From: Azolla caroliniana
Taxonomy: Eukaryota; Plantae; Polypodiophyta
Direction of reading: 5' to 3'
Length of the DNA stretch: 64,000 bases
Assembly (NCBI GenBank): GCA_043228905.1
Contig: JBHGNT010000015.1
Location: 3,534,001-3,598,000 of the forward strand
Shown: one piece after another, positions 13,501 through 25,712 of the stretch
Position numbering within the stretch: the stretch's first letter is position 1
Layout: every line of letters starts with the position of its first letter
Notes under the pieces: generated by a model
Database searches by the model: none
Seen by the model: the letters and a program-made list of their open reading frames with translations, nothing else
Told to the model about the DNA's origin: nothing
Position numbers and translations under genes: made by a program

Positions 13501-15688
13501 GATATGGTTTCCTTCTGCCACTCAACTTTTCATGTCAAGATGATACACTGAGTACATGCCTTGCAATTTTGAAACAATTCAGGGTTCCTCTTGATATGTA
13601 TCAAGTGGGATATACAAAGCTTTTTTTCCGAGCTGGGCAGGTGTCTATGAAACCTTGGAGATAGATTGGCTCAATGGAACTTAATGTTGAAATATTTTCA
13701 GTATTATGTACAGCTTGTGTAATGATATAAAATGTAAACTGCATACAGGTTGGAAGATTGGAGGAGTGTAGACTGAAAACACTTAATGGGATTATCTGCT
13801 TTCAAAAGCTCTACAGAGGTTATAAGGCCAGATGCTATTTCAAGAAACTAAGAAAAACTGCCATATTTCTGCAGTCTTGTAAGAATGCTGCTGGCTTTTG
13901 GATTTGAAAAAAAAATCGTAGATTTGAGCTGAAGTGTGAATGCAGTTGTACGGTGTGGTCTTAATTTTTGGTACTTTTGCATGATTATGTAGTGGTTAGG
14001 ACCAAGAGAATCAGACGGCTGTTTAATGAGGCATTGGCACGACACCGTGCAGCTGTAATAATACAGAAGTATGTACGATGCAGAGCACAGAGAAAAGCAT
14101 ACCTCAAAAAGAAAAAGGACATTGTCTTGATTCAATCAGGTGAGGAGATGATGCTAATGTGGCATGGCCTGTGTGACCAACATTTTAAAACTTTTCTTAA
14201 ATATGCATTCCACTTTGTTTAATCAAAGGGGCAGATAGTGAATTATAGTTTGCTCTTGAACCTTAAATTTTGTAATGTTGGACACAGTTGCTAGAGGTTG
14301 GTTGGCAAAGAGAAAGACGTCGGCTTTGCGCACCAAACTTGAGAAGGAAAGGCAAAAACTCCTTGCATTGCAGCGTTTCGAAGAAGAAAAACAAAAGGCC
14401 CGTGAATTGGAATTGAAGCATTTTGAGGATGAGAAACATAAGGCCATCGAATTGGAATCGACATATTTAGACAAAGAAAAACAAAAGGCTGTTGAACTGA
14501 AAGGAGACACGGTCATTTCAGCAATAAATGGTTCCTCTCTGGATGGTACTACTCTTGAAGCGGTGAGTGTTACAAAAGGATTTCTAACTATAACTGAGGT
14601 GTATTATGTATATGACCAATGTGTATCTTCTTTTGTTGTTCTGGAGCTAGGAATCGGCAATGGTTCGGTTTCGGCTTAACCTGTTTGGCCTTGTCCAAAC
14701 CAAACCGGTTAAGACTAAACTGGTTTGGGAGTTTCCAAACCTGAACCGAACCGGTTCCTAATCCAGTTCAGGCTAACCGATCAAGCCTAAACTGGTTTAG
14801 GAACCAGTTTAGCCAAGACGATTAAGCCTTAGCCGGTTTGGTCCAAATCTGTTTGGTGCGACTGGAGCCGCTCCAAACCGAGCTCAAACCGGTTAAGGAA
14901 GCTCAAGCCTTAACCAAACAGAACTAAACTGCAAAACGCCAAACTGTTTAAAAACGGTTTAGGATTGAGCCGAGCTGTTGCCAATTCCTATCTGGAGCCA
15001 TATTTTAGTGAAACTATTTGCGTTTGCTATATAGGCACCTAATCTGGAGTCGGACAAAACCATCAGGGTTTCCCCTGTATTTTTGTCGGAATTGCAAAGC
15101 CGTGTGTTGATGGCCGAGTCAGCTCTACGAGAAAAAGAGGAAGACAATGCAATTTTGCGGCGGAGGCTCAACCAATATGAGGAGATGTGGGAGAAAGCGG
15201 CATCTTTTCAAGCAAGCACCGAGAGAAAGGGCATGATTGCATTTGGGGATGTCGCACACTCTTCCGGACACTATGATCCGGCGTTTTCTTTGAAAAACAG
15301 TGTAATCGCTACGACAGAAAATGAGGGTGATTTCAGTCATGATGACAACACCTCAGTCGGAACGGTTACAACACCCGGATATATTATGACTCCCAGTAGA
15401 CAAGAGAGCCCCCATGCACTAGTGAATGCCATGACAGCTGTGTTTGAACACCGGAAACAAGCTTTCGAAGATGACCTCAACCTTTTGGTTGATGTAAAAC
15501 CAGGACAACTTGAGGTCACCACTATAGACCCTGAGGATGAACTCCGTAATCTGAAGGAGCGGTTTGAATTCTGGAGAAAGGACTTTAGGACCCGCTTGCG
15601 GAACACAAAAGGAACACTGCGGAAACTAAGAACCGTAGACACACACAGAATGAAGATGACATTGGGGTGGTGGGGTAAGAAGGCTTGA
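4581..15688 (+). CDS. Class VIII myosin heavy chain, 23 exons: 4581-5510, 6812-6913, 7005-7172, 7283-7439, 7584-7611, 7791-7956, 8167-8227, 8433-8446, 8549-8633, 8737-8840, 9075-9213, 10346-10464, 10549-10701, 10820-10909, 11129-11206, 11315-11473, 11551-11754, 13180-13385, 13502-13640, 13749-13878, 13993-14139, 14288-14562, 15035-15688
   Basis: Motifs: [27 protein letters not shown]-loop GESGAGKT, switch I NNNSSRFGK, switch [33 protein letters not shown] and [16 protein letters not shown] motifs, a coiled coil and the class VIII tail ([24 protein letters not shown]) follow. N-terminal [12 protein letters not shown] is typical of myosin VIII. All introns are GT-AG. Confidence 0.95.
14648..14990. 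mobile_element. hAT-family MITE (343 bp) in the last myosin intron
   Basis: Perfect 8-bp TSD TCTGGAGC (14640-14647, 14991-14998); TIR TAGGAATCGGCAA / TTGCCAATTCCTA; AACCG/CGGTT subterminal motifs. Confidence 0.88.
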
Positions 15689-17220
15689 TAAATGGATGAA
15701 GGAATAAATGAATGCTCCATCTCAGGTTTCCTTTCTACCACCCTTGTAAGGCAATGTTTTTTCTATTATGTCAATTGAAAATTATGTATTACATATTTGA
15801 TTATGATTGTAATTAAGCAAATGCCTTTTGATGGGTGTCATATATTTCCAAAAGGAAATGCATGATTGATCAATCCATCATTTGGTTACAATTCTTATTA
15901 TGTGTAAGGACTCTTAAAGATCCCCAAAGAAAAGTTCCATTGTTGTATTGACTCTGTTTCGTGATTCCTTTGGAATGAAATAAAAGTATTGTGTGTGATA
16001 TATTTGTTCATGTATTGTGAATTGAATTATGCATTTATGTTGTTGCTATGATTTTGCTAGATAGGCATGTGAAAGAAACAAATTGGGCTGTTTGATGTAT
16101 ATCATAATTAGGTGAGACGGGCATCCCACATTGAAGAGTTCTACGATTGTATTTTTGAAGTGTCGATCCAAATCCAATAACCTAATATCATGATGTGTCA
16201 AGTCCAAAGGTAGGAAATATGTATATATGTATATATGAAAACATTAATATAATAAGGAAAGGTTTAAAGGGCGTAGCGTTCAAATCTGACCCGGTGCACT
16301 AGGGAAGTATCCTTTGACATTATCAATAAAAAAGGGTTCGTTGAGCATTGAATGTGGTTGATATGCGCCTCTTTCACTGTGAAAAGGAGAGAGGATGCTT
16401 AATTTGGAGGTTCTTTGTTCAGTGTTTGAGGGGGTTAGGATGTTCAAAGGTTTTGTAGATGTCTTATTTTTGGAGTTTAGAGTTTAGGTCTTTTATTTTC
16501 AAAGTTTAGGTTTTTGAGAATGTTGAGTGTGAAAGTGGAATTTGAACCACCTCTCCTTCATCTTCTTCTATTTTTGTTTTGGGATCTTCTTCTCCTTCAC
16601 CAACCTATCATAACATGTTAGGCGGTCGTGGAGGAAAAAAATCGGAAGTCGGTTCAGGTCATTAGTTGAGGAAAGAAGCTCGAAGTGGCACAGACTACCC
16701 CACCTCAACAAGAGGAGGCACATCTATTGTTCATAGGCGAGTCGTCGAAGACCATGAAGTTTAGATCCTTGTTAGCTTAATGGGCCTAACTTTTGTAATA
16801 ACTTCTCATAATCACTATTTTGATTAATTTGTAATCAAGTTGAAAACCTAGTTTGCAAAAAGGATATTCTTGTAAAATCAATGTTTGGGTCTTAATCTAG
16901 GGTTTATTGTATTGATAAGTGTAAATAGCCCTAATCCTATGCTACCCACTCATAAGCTCCACTTCAAGTAGAGAGAGAGAGTCTTGACACCAACTAAATG
17001 GAAAGGATTTCCTCAAGGCTAACCTTTCCTCGATGCTTAGGTTTCCTTTAGTCAAAGACACTCCTCAGTTCTCTAGTTTCCTCAATTTAAAGGTTTTTCG
17101 TGATATGAGGTCGTTTCTTTAAGTCAAAGGCTCTCCTTGGCCCTATTTTGAAAAGGGTTTTTCTTGTAAACTAATCTAGGGTTTATTGTATTAATGGAGG
17201 GGGGGGAGACAGAGAGAATT

Positions 17221-17275
17221 AGGTTTCGAACCCAAGACATAGTACTTGTAGTGTAACAACTTAACATTAGGCTAA
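17221..17275 (-). mobile_element. tRNA-derived SINE-like head (degenerate A and B boxes)
   Basis: Minus strand reads TAGCCTAATGTTAAGTTGTTACACTACAAG...TCTTGGGTTCGAAACC; a similar copy lies at 48490-48545 (+). Confidence 0.45.
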
Positions 17276-17292
17276 GGTAGTTGCAATAAAAT

Positions 17293-17296
<4 letters not shown>

Positions 17297-17322
<26 letters not shown>
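17297..17322. repeat. (GA)n microsatellite
   Basis: Directly visible. Confidence 0.95.
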
Positions 17323-17323
<1 letters not shown>

Positions 17324-17640
17324 AGCAAGAGTGGAGAGGGGAAGAAAAAGCGAAATTGTTTTTATTGCTATGCTCTCTATAGTAACGGAATCGATCATAA
17401 AGACATGCGTTGGAAAGCCCTCGATTAGAGCTTCGTAACGAGATATAGCAAGTTAAATTTGGTGTTCTGTGCGAGAAGCAGAGATTAAAATAAGGAATCT
17501 TGTGTTGTTGGCTTCCGCATACTCAACACGATTGTATTCATCATCTTCGACCTCTTCAATCGGGTGAGTTCCGGTTGTCTTTCTTGTTCATGGAAAATTG
17601 TTTTTATCCCGGATCACTATCACATCAAGAATAATGGATA

Positions 17641-17712
17641 TGTAAAAGTTGTGTGGAAGCGTGTGCGTAAACGCAGAGTAGTTCAGTAAACACAAAAAAC
17701 ATAGAAAAGGAG

Positions 17713-17767
<55 letters not shown>

Positions 17768-20700
17768 ATAGATCAAATTCAAAATAATTCTCTGTTCTGT
17801 ACATACTTCGTGCTCAGTGAGCACCTTATATACAAGCCCTGACAATCGGGCTGACACAAGTACTGACAATACTTGAATGCTCATAAATGAGCCGACTACA
17901 CAAACTCCCAAAATTATTCCTTTATGAGGAATAACGCTCTAACGACCTCTTCAGTTTTCACACCGATGCGGCCCTGTTGTGCGTACTTTTTCATGCACCC
18001 AGTCTACGCACAAGGTTACGCTGCGTACTTTGTACCGAATGTTGGGCTTGTCTCTCAACACTCCCCCTCAAGCTCAACTTGAGGTTCTACTTGCTCCGCC
18101 GGATCTACGCTCCAGTTTCTTCTGGCTTCATGCCTCGCTTGCCCTATTCGACCCGTTCGATTACGCGCGTTTCGACCCTTTCGGTCGGCTTGTCTGCTCG
18201 TTCGGCCCTTCTCAGCTCCCTTGCTGTCGCGGTGTCAACGCGTCCTTCATTGCCCTTTCTTTTTTTTCGCATGGCCTTTAGTTGATTCGGCGTATCCAAA
18301 TCGAACATACCGATTGAATCGAACTCTTCCGATTCAATTTCACTCTTATCCAAATTGGCTGTCTCCAATTCGTCCTCAATCTTCAGGCCCCTAACAACAT
18401 CCGACCACGTCTTAGTCTTGGCCTTATCTCCCCCGGTTTCGGCTGTCCTCTGCTCCTTCTTATGCTTACGGCCCTTGCTTCTGTCTTCGACTTCTTTAGC
18501 CGATTCGAAGTCAAATTCTCCATCCGACTCCGCATCTCGATCACTTCCGTCGGGATGCTTACCTCCGCTCCTTTCACGCTCTTGTCCCTGTTCTTCCTTT
18601 CTCCCCCTCAAGTTTGGCGTGTCGAGGTGACGCAACCCAAGCACACCCGAGAAATGCCATAACTTGTCGAGACCAAGAGGTTTTGTGAAGATGTCGGCAA
18701 GTTGCCGATCAAATGAAACATGCACCAATTCAACTTCTCCTGAAAGGACCCGCTCACAGACAAAATGGTAATGCACCTCAATGTGCTTGGTCCGGGCGTG
18801 GAACACAGGGTCTTTCGCAAGGTGGATACTGATGAGGTTGTGGCAATAGATCGTTGTCGAATCAGACACCTCTACCTGCAGATCCTGTAATAGCCGTTTC
18901 AGCTAAATGACTTCGCACGTAGTGACAGTCACCCCTCGATATTCGGCCTCCGTGCTCGATAGTGCTATTGTCGGCTGCTTTTTACTGCTCCACGCGATCG
19001 CCACACTTCCTAACGAGAAGGCGTATCCGGATGTGGATTTACGATCACTAGCGTTTCCGACCCAATCAGCATCTGTGTAGCCGACTAACTGTTCGGCTAT
19101 GCCTACTCGATATAGCAACGCCATGTCTTTCGTGCTGCTTACATATCGCAATATCCTTTGCGCGCACTGAAGGTGCTCGGCCGTAGGCTGCGACATGAAT
19201 TGATTGATTAGGCCGACTGGATAACTAAGATCCGGTCGAGTAATCGTCCGATAGATAAGGCTGCTGACAATCTGTCGGAACCGTGTCGGGTCGCACGCCT
19301 TTCCCGAATCTCGGCGAAGCTTTACGTTTCTATCTAGAGGGGTCGAGATGGGCTTACAATTTTCCATCCCGAACTTGAAGAGCATATTCAGCGCGTAATG
19401 ACGTTGATTGATCAATATGCCTTCGGGGTTGCGGATCACTTCGATCACGAGGAAGTAATGAAGGTCTCCGAGATCCTTCATTTCGAATGATGCCGCAAGT
19501 TGAGACTTTACGTAGCAGATTTCTTCTAGATCGGCACCGGCAATGACTAAATCATCAACATACAATAGAAGGCTTACCGGGCCATGTCGACTTTGCCGAA
19601 CAAATAATGAAGAGTCAAACTTCGATGTCGAAAAACCCATCCTATGCAGCTGTTGCGTAATCTTCACGTTCCAGGCTCGCGAGGCTTGCTTAAGTCCATA
19701 CAATGACTTCTTCAGTCGGCAAACTGCCGAGGTGTTTCGTTCAGATAGAAATCTGGGGGGGCTGTATCATGTACACCTGTTCCTCAAACTCACCTTGCAG
19801 GAACACATTCTTTACATCCATCTGATGTAAGTGCCACCCCTTCACCGCAGCTACTGCGAGCAATATGCCGACAATCGTCATCTTCGTGATCGGCGCAAAC
19901 GTCTCATCGTAGTCCACGCCGTGCTTCTACGCATAACGTTTTGCTACTAAACGGGCCTTGTAGCAGTTGACGAAGCCGTCTGTGTTGTGTTTCACTTTAT
20001 ACACCCACTGGCAGCCGATCGGCTTCACACCCTTTGGTGCGTCAACCAGGTCCCATGTCTCGTTCTGTGTTAAGGCGCGCATCTCTTCCTCCATCGCGGC
20101 ACGCCAATTTGCGTCTCCCGCTGCTTCTGCGTAGCTCTCCGGCTCACGCACTTCCGCCACTCGTGTCATATACACATAATGGTGCGCCATGTATTCATTA
20201 TACCCATACCTTTTTACGGGGTTCTTCTGGTGGGTAGATCGGCGTAAATCGTGATTACCCGATTTAACGACCTTGTCAGCGGATTTTGACCTCTTCCGCG
20301 GATGTTTCTTTACGATTGGCTCGATGTCAGATTCGCTTCGAACTGACTCGGCGCTGCCGAAATCGTACTCCGGCATTTTCTTCTTGCCCTTCTCCTTGCG
20401 CGTAAACCGTTTCCTCGGTTCTTTACGCGGGGACATCATGGCTGAGTCTCCACTACTTGCCGTCTCATCATCTGGTTGGCCATCTTGGCCCAACCTTTCG
20501 TTCGGCCTGCTAAGGCGAAATGAGATCGGACTCTCTCTCAAAGCTCCGACGTGCTCATCATGCGGAGGCATTTTAGCCTCGTAGATCTCTTCTTCCGAAA
20601 TCGGAATGGAGTCTTGAGGTATTGGAGGTGAAAGCAAGTACCACGAAGCGAATTCGTCGAACACGACATCTCGACTTACGCGTACTTCCTTTGTTCGGGG

Positions 20701-23050
20701 GTTATAACATTTATACCCCTTCGGTTCATCTGGATAGTCGACTAAGATGCACTTTTCGGCTTTGGCATCTAGCTTCCTCCTCTTTTCCTTCGCCACATGC
20801 ACATATGCAATGCTACCGAAGATCCTCAAGTGTGCCAAGTTCGGCTTCTTCCCGAAATACAGCTCATGTGGTGACACTCCTCCATTAGTAGAAGTATGAT
20901 TCTATAGGTAGATAGTTTTCTTCGAGGCTTCAGCCCAATAGAATTTCGGCATATGCTTCTCTTCAAGCATTTCCCTAGCCGCTTCTTCAATCGTCTGATT
21001 CTTCCCCTCGGCCACGCCGTTCTACTGTGGCGTGTATCTACATGAGAATTCGCATCGAATTCCCTCCTTCCATAGATAACATGTGAACTGGTCGGAGAAG
21101 TACTCCTTCCCGCCATTGGACCGTAGGCATTTGATCTTATGCCCCGTTTCCCTTTCCACAAGGCTCTTCACCTTCAAGAAACATGCAAAGACTTTGCTCT
21201 TCTTCTCAATCATGCATGCCCACATGTGTCGAGTGAAGTCATCGATGAAGGTTACAAAGTAACGGCTTCCACCGAGACTCACATTCTGTGCCAGACCCCA
21301 CACATCCGAATGGATCAAATCCAGCAAACTTCGACTACAATTATGCTCATTGGGGAATGGAAGTCAGTGTTGTTTTCCCATCTGACAAGCTTCGCAGACT
21401 TGGGCATTATGGCCTGAAATTTCGGCAATTCGAATACAATGTTCTTCGTCTGCATTTCACGAAGCCGTGGGAAATTTACGTGGCCGAACTGCTTGTGCCA
21501 TAGGTTGATATCCGATTCGACCTTTTGTCCTTTCGCGTACAACGCGGTTCCGGCTTGATTAGAGTCGAGGATAAACATCCTCCTTTCACGGCGCCCTTGC
21601 GCGATCACTTTGCCTTCCTCTTCTATGAAGCAGTCGAGGTGCGTGAATTGAACTTGCATACCTTGGTCGACAATCAGACCGACCGACACTAGGTTCTTGG
21701 TTATTGTCGGGACGTGCAACATGTTCATTAGCTTCCCTTTCTGCCCGATGTGGCTAAGGGGAACTTCGCCGACATGTTCAATGGTATGAGGAGTGTCGTC
21801 TCCCGTTTCGACCACTCCTTTCTTTTCCGGCTTCTCCAAGTACGAGAACCATTCTTCGTGACTCGTCATATGATTTGACGCTCCGGAATAGACATACCAC
21901 ACTTCGCTTGATTTCGAGGTGTTCACAGACATTGAGTTGGCCTTATGCTTCATTACGAAGGCAGGGCCCATTCCATTTCCGGCTCTTTCTGAGCCTTCCG
22001 CGTAGTGCGACTTCGGACGCCTTCCTGTGTCTCTTCCGCTCGATCCAGCTTTGTCTGAATCGGCTTGTTTCTTCTAGCACTCGCTCTCCTTGTGGCCTTT
22101 CTTGCCACCGTACCAACATTCCGACGTGGCCTTCTCTTGCCGTCTTCCGGCGTCGCCATGTCTCCCCTTGCTTCCGGAGGGTTCGGAATTGCTTTCGGCA
22201 TCTCGATTATGCTGTCCATACTTCTCTTTTCGGCCGCCTCCATTTTGCGCCGATCCGCCTCGTTCACCATGATCACGGGGCCTATCATCCTCCGTGTAGA
22301 GCATCTTGCCATCAGTGTGCACACTCGTCGATGCACCCGCGTGGTTTTCTTCTACAAGCAACATTGACTAAAGCTTGAAAAACGAAGGCATATTCTCCCT
22401 CGTGCAGACCGCCATTCGGAAAGCTCCGAACTTAGACGCTAACCCGCCAAGACAAACCCGCACCATCTCGTCCTCCTCGACATTCACGTTGACAGAGGCG
22501 AGTGAGTTGTAGATTCCTTTGATCTTGGTGGTGTAGTCAGCCATCGACATATCTCGTTGTCGTACATTGCTCAACTCTTGCCTGAGTTGAAGCTTCCTGG
22601 CTGTAGTGCTTGCGATGAAGAGCTTTTTGAGATTCTCCCACACGTCCTTTGGTGTCTTAGCATCCCGAATATAGCTCAATAGTTGGTCACTCACGCAGGA
22701 TGCAAAGTAGTAGAGAACTCTGCTTGCCGCTTGTTCCCAAGCCAAAAAATCTTTGTGTGTCGAATCGGGTGCTACATCATTAGCTCCTTCGACATAACTC
22801 CAGTAGCCATGATTGAGCATGTACTGGTGCATCTTGTACGACCAAGATGCATAGTTGCTCCTGGCGAGCTTCCCATACCTCTGTCCATATTGTTCAACTC
22901 TGTTTTGTCACAAGCTTTTCTTGTCAGCTGTAGAGGACTTCAACCCTCATGCTCTGATACCATGTAAAAGTTGTGCGGAAGCGTGTGCGTAAACACAGAG
23001 TAGTTCAGTAAACACAAAAAACACAAAAAAGGAGATGGAGACGGAGAAGC

Positions 23051-23081
<31 letters not shown>

Positions 23082-23376
23082 TTGTAGATCAAATTCAAAA
23101 TAATTCTCTGTTCTGTACATACTTCGTGCTCAGTGAGCACCTTATATACAAGCCCTGACAATTGGGCTGACACAAGTATTGACAGTACTTGAATGCTCAT
23201 AAATGAGCCGACTACACAAACTCCCAAAATTATTCCTTTATGAGGAATAACGCTCTAATGACCTTTTCGGTTTTCACACCGATGCATCCCTGTTGTGCGT
23301 ACTTTTTCACGCACCCAGTCTATGCACTGGGTTACGCTGCGTACTTCGTACCGAATGTTGAGCTTGTCTCTCAACA
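17641..23376 (-). mobile_element. Full-length but decayed Ty1/Copia retrotransposon (LTRs 17641-18060 and 22963-23376)
   Basis: TG...CA LTRs containing (GA)n; tRNA-iMet PBS TGGTATCAGAGC at 22951-22962; PPT at 18061-18070. Frameshifted gag, protease (WYVYSGASNHMT, catalytic D altered), integrase (HSDVWG, KLDAK), RT (YVDD) and RNaseH (ADIFTK). Confidence 0.95.
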
Positions 23377-25400
23377 CTGTATATAAACATGAATTCCTCT
23401 CAAATTGTGGGGGACATCGATATGGAAACAATTTATACAAAAAAGAGTAATGTGACGGTTGAATGTAATCGTGAAAGGGAAGACATTGGAAGCTCTAAGA
23501 GGTTTAAGGGCATTGAGGAAATTAATGGGAAAAAAGTGACATATACCGAAGTAATACATGCAGATGAGGTGCATGTAATGCAACGGTCCCCTGTTGTGGA
23601 CTATCATGCTTTGTTGAAACAAGAATGCCCTATTTGGGCAACAGTAGATTGTAAGCATGCTTTTTTATGGCTACTTTTACCAGAGTTGATGAGTCAAATG
23701 GGTAAAGTGTTGGTATCTTCACATGCATATGCTACAAATAAGTGCAGATTTTGTGTGTTATGGGATATAAGTCGTAAGAGGCCAGGATGGGTGCGTATGA
23801 ACACACCTAGAATGAAAAGACTTTGTTTTAAATTGAAGTGGGAGACATTTGCAGGTCACTGTTTTGGATGTGGTGAATGGGGTCACTTTATGGCGGAATG
23901 GCATCGTCATTGTCCTTCAACTATAGAGGTTCCTAATGAAGGGAATGGTAAGGAAGGAGTTGGGAAAGATATTGGTGTATTAGATATGGTGGTTGTTATG
24001 GATGAAGGAACATCATCTAGAGTAGGTTATAAAGAGGTTTCACTTCAAGGTTTGGGCCCTAAGAATAAGGGAACTCAATCTATGGATATGGAATAACAAA
24101 ATTTGGTGGTTATAGATCAGGGGGGAAAACCACTAGATAGAACTAGTAATGATGTTGTTGTTGAAAAGGATTGGCATCAGGTTAAGGGCAAGTCGAAGGG
24201 CAAATCAATGAATATGCAACGTAATAGTTTGCCCACTACTCGTGATACTACTTGGAAAAGTAATTCAAGAACTAGGGAGGGTCCTCGAAAAGTTCCTTGG
24301 CAAAGACAATTTAGGGATAAGGTATTACCCCTTCACCTTCAATTTGATTCATTGGGACGGGTCATAAATTCATCGAATTCTTGAGGTTTTCGTCAAGCGG
24401 GAGAACCTAAACAAAAGAGTTTAATAGACAACTCTAAGGATGTGGTGCATGAAAATCCATATGCAGCATTGGAACATGCTTTGACTAGTTTCATGACATC
24501 GGTACCTCTAAAGGAGCAAGTGCACCCATAACATTGTTGACTGAATGAAAATGGTAACATGGAATGTGAGAGGGGCATGTTCTCCTCATAAGAACTATAT
24601 AATATGGCAAACTTTATTAAGTAAAGAATGAGATATATTATGTGCAGTTGAGCATAAGTGTCATGAGTTAGCAAGATCCTCAGTTCATTTGCGTGGATAT
24701 TCATCATTCTATGTAGGACATCTTAATAATCATTATTCAGGTGTGGTATTAATCGTGCGGGAGAAGTGTTTTCCTCGTATGGTGCCTACTGATCCTTATG
24801 GTTCGGTTTTGGTTCTAGAAAATCACTTTTTTTGGCGAGGTTGTGTGGGTGGTTGGGATTAATGCCCCTAGCCAAGCCACTCAACGTATTGCATTATGGG
24901 GCTCACTCCGTCAAACCCTATATGTGGGCTGTCTGGGATTACTTATGGGTGATTTTAACATGTGTGTTGATGCATCTCAATCTACGTCTGAATATTCAAT
25001 CATGGATGATCTTGAGCAACTTGCTTGGGATTCATTGGCTATGGAGGTTTTGAAGTTGGATGTTTGGACATGGTTGCATGGGAATGATCCAGGTTTTACT
25101 TTCCAATCTGCTCAACATAAACAAACATGGAGTCGGTTAGATAGAATGTATGTGATGCACAATGATTCTTTTTTACCGACATCACTTCGTATCGCAGTTT
25201 TACAAGATGTAGGAACTTCAGATCACTTTCCTATTTGTTTGGAGATTTGTGGTCATGCAATTGACATGTATAAATCCTTACTTGGAAAGCCTCCATTACA
25301 CTTTAACTCTTCTCTTTTGCTTCAACCTCACTTTGATTCTCTCATGGAGCAAATTTTGGTAAATTTTTCACAAGAAGTGAATCTTAAAGGAGTTAAAGCA

Positions 25401-25712
25401 TGGGATATATCACATTACGAAATATTAAGATCGTTTATCGTATGTATGGAGTAAGTAATGCTCAACGAAGAAGAGGTCTTCTTCTAAAATTCTCACAAGT
25501 TCTCTCTATGTGTAATGCATTATTGATACATGCACCATTAGATGAGGAGCTTTTGGGATATCACATTATGAAATATTAAGATCGTTTATCGTATGTATGG
25601 AGTAACTAATGCTCAACGAAGAAGAGGTCTTCTTCTAAAATTCTCACGAGTTGTCTCTATGTGTAATGCATTATTGATACATGCACCATTAGATGAGGAG
25701 CTTTTGGATATC
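25401..25712. repeat. ~152-bp tandem duplication inside L1 ORF2
   Basis: TCACATTA(C/T)GAAATATTAAGATCG...GATGAGGAGCTTTTGG(G)ATA occurs twice, with GGATAT microhomology at the junctions. Confidence 0.9.

Noticed and set aside
16867-17192. 21-bp direct repeat TAATCTAGGGTTTATTGTATT as a possible TSD
   Set aside because: Neighbouring sequence is also partly duplicated and no element termini are evident; probably an old local duplication.
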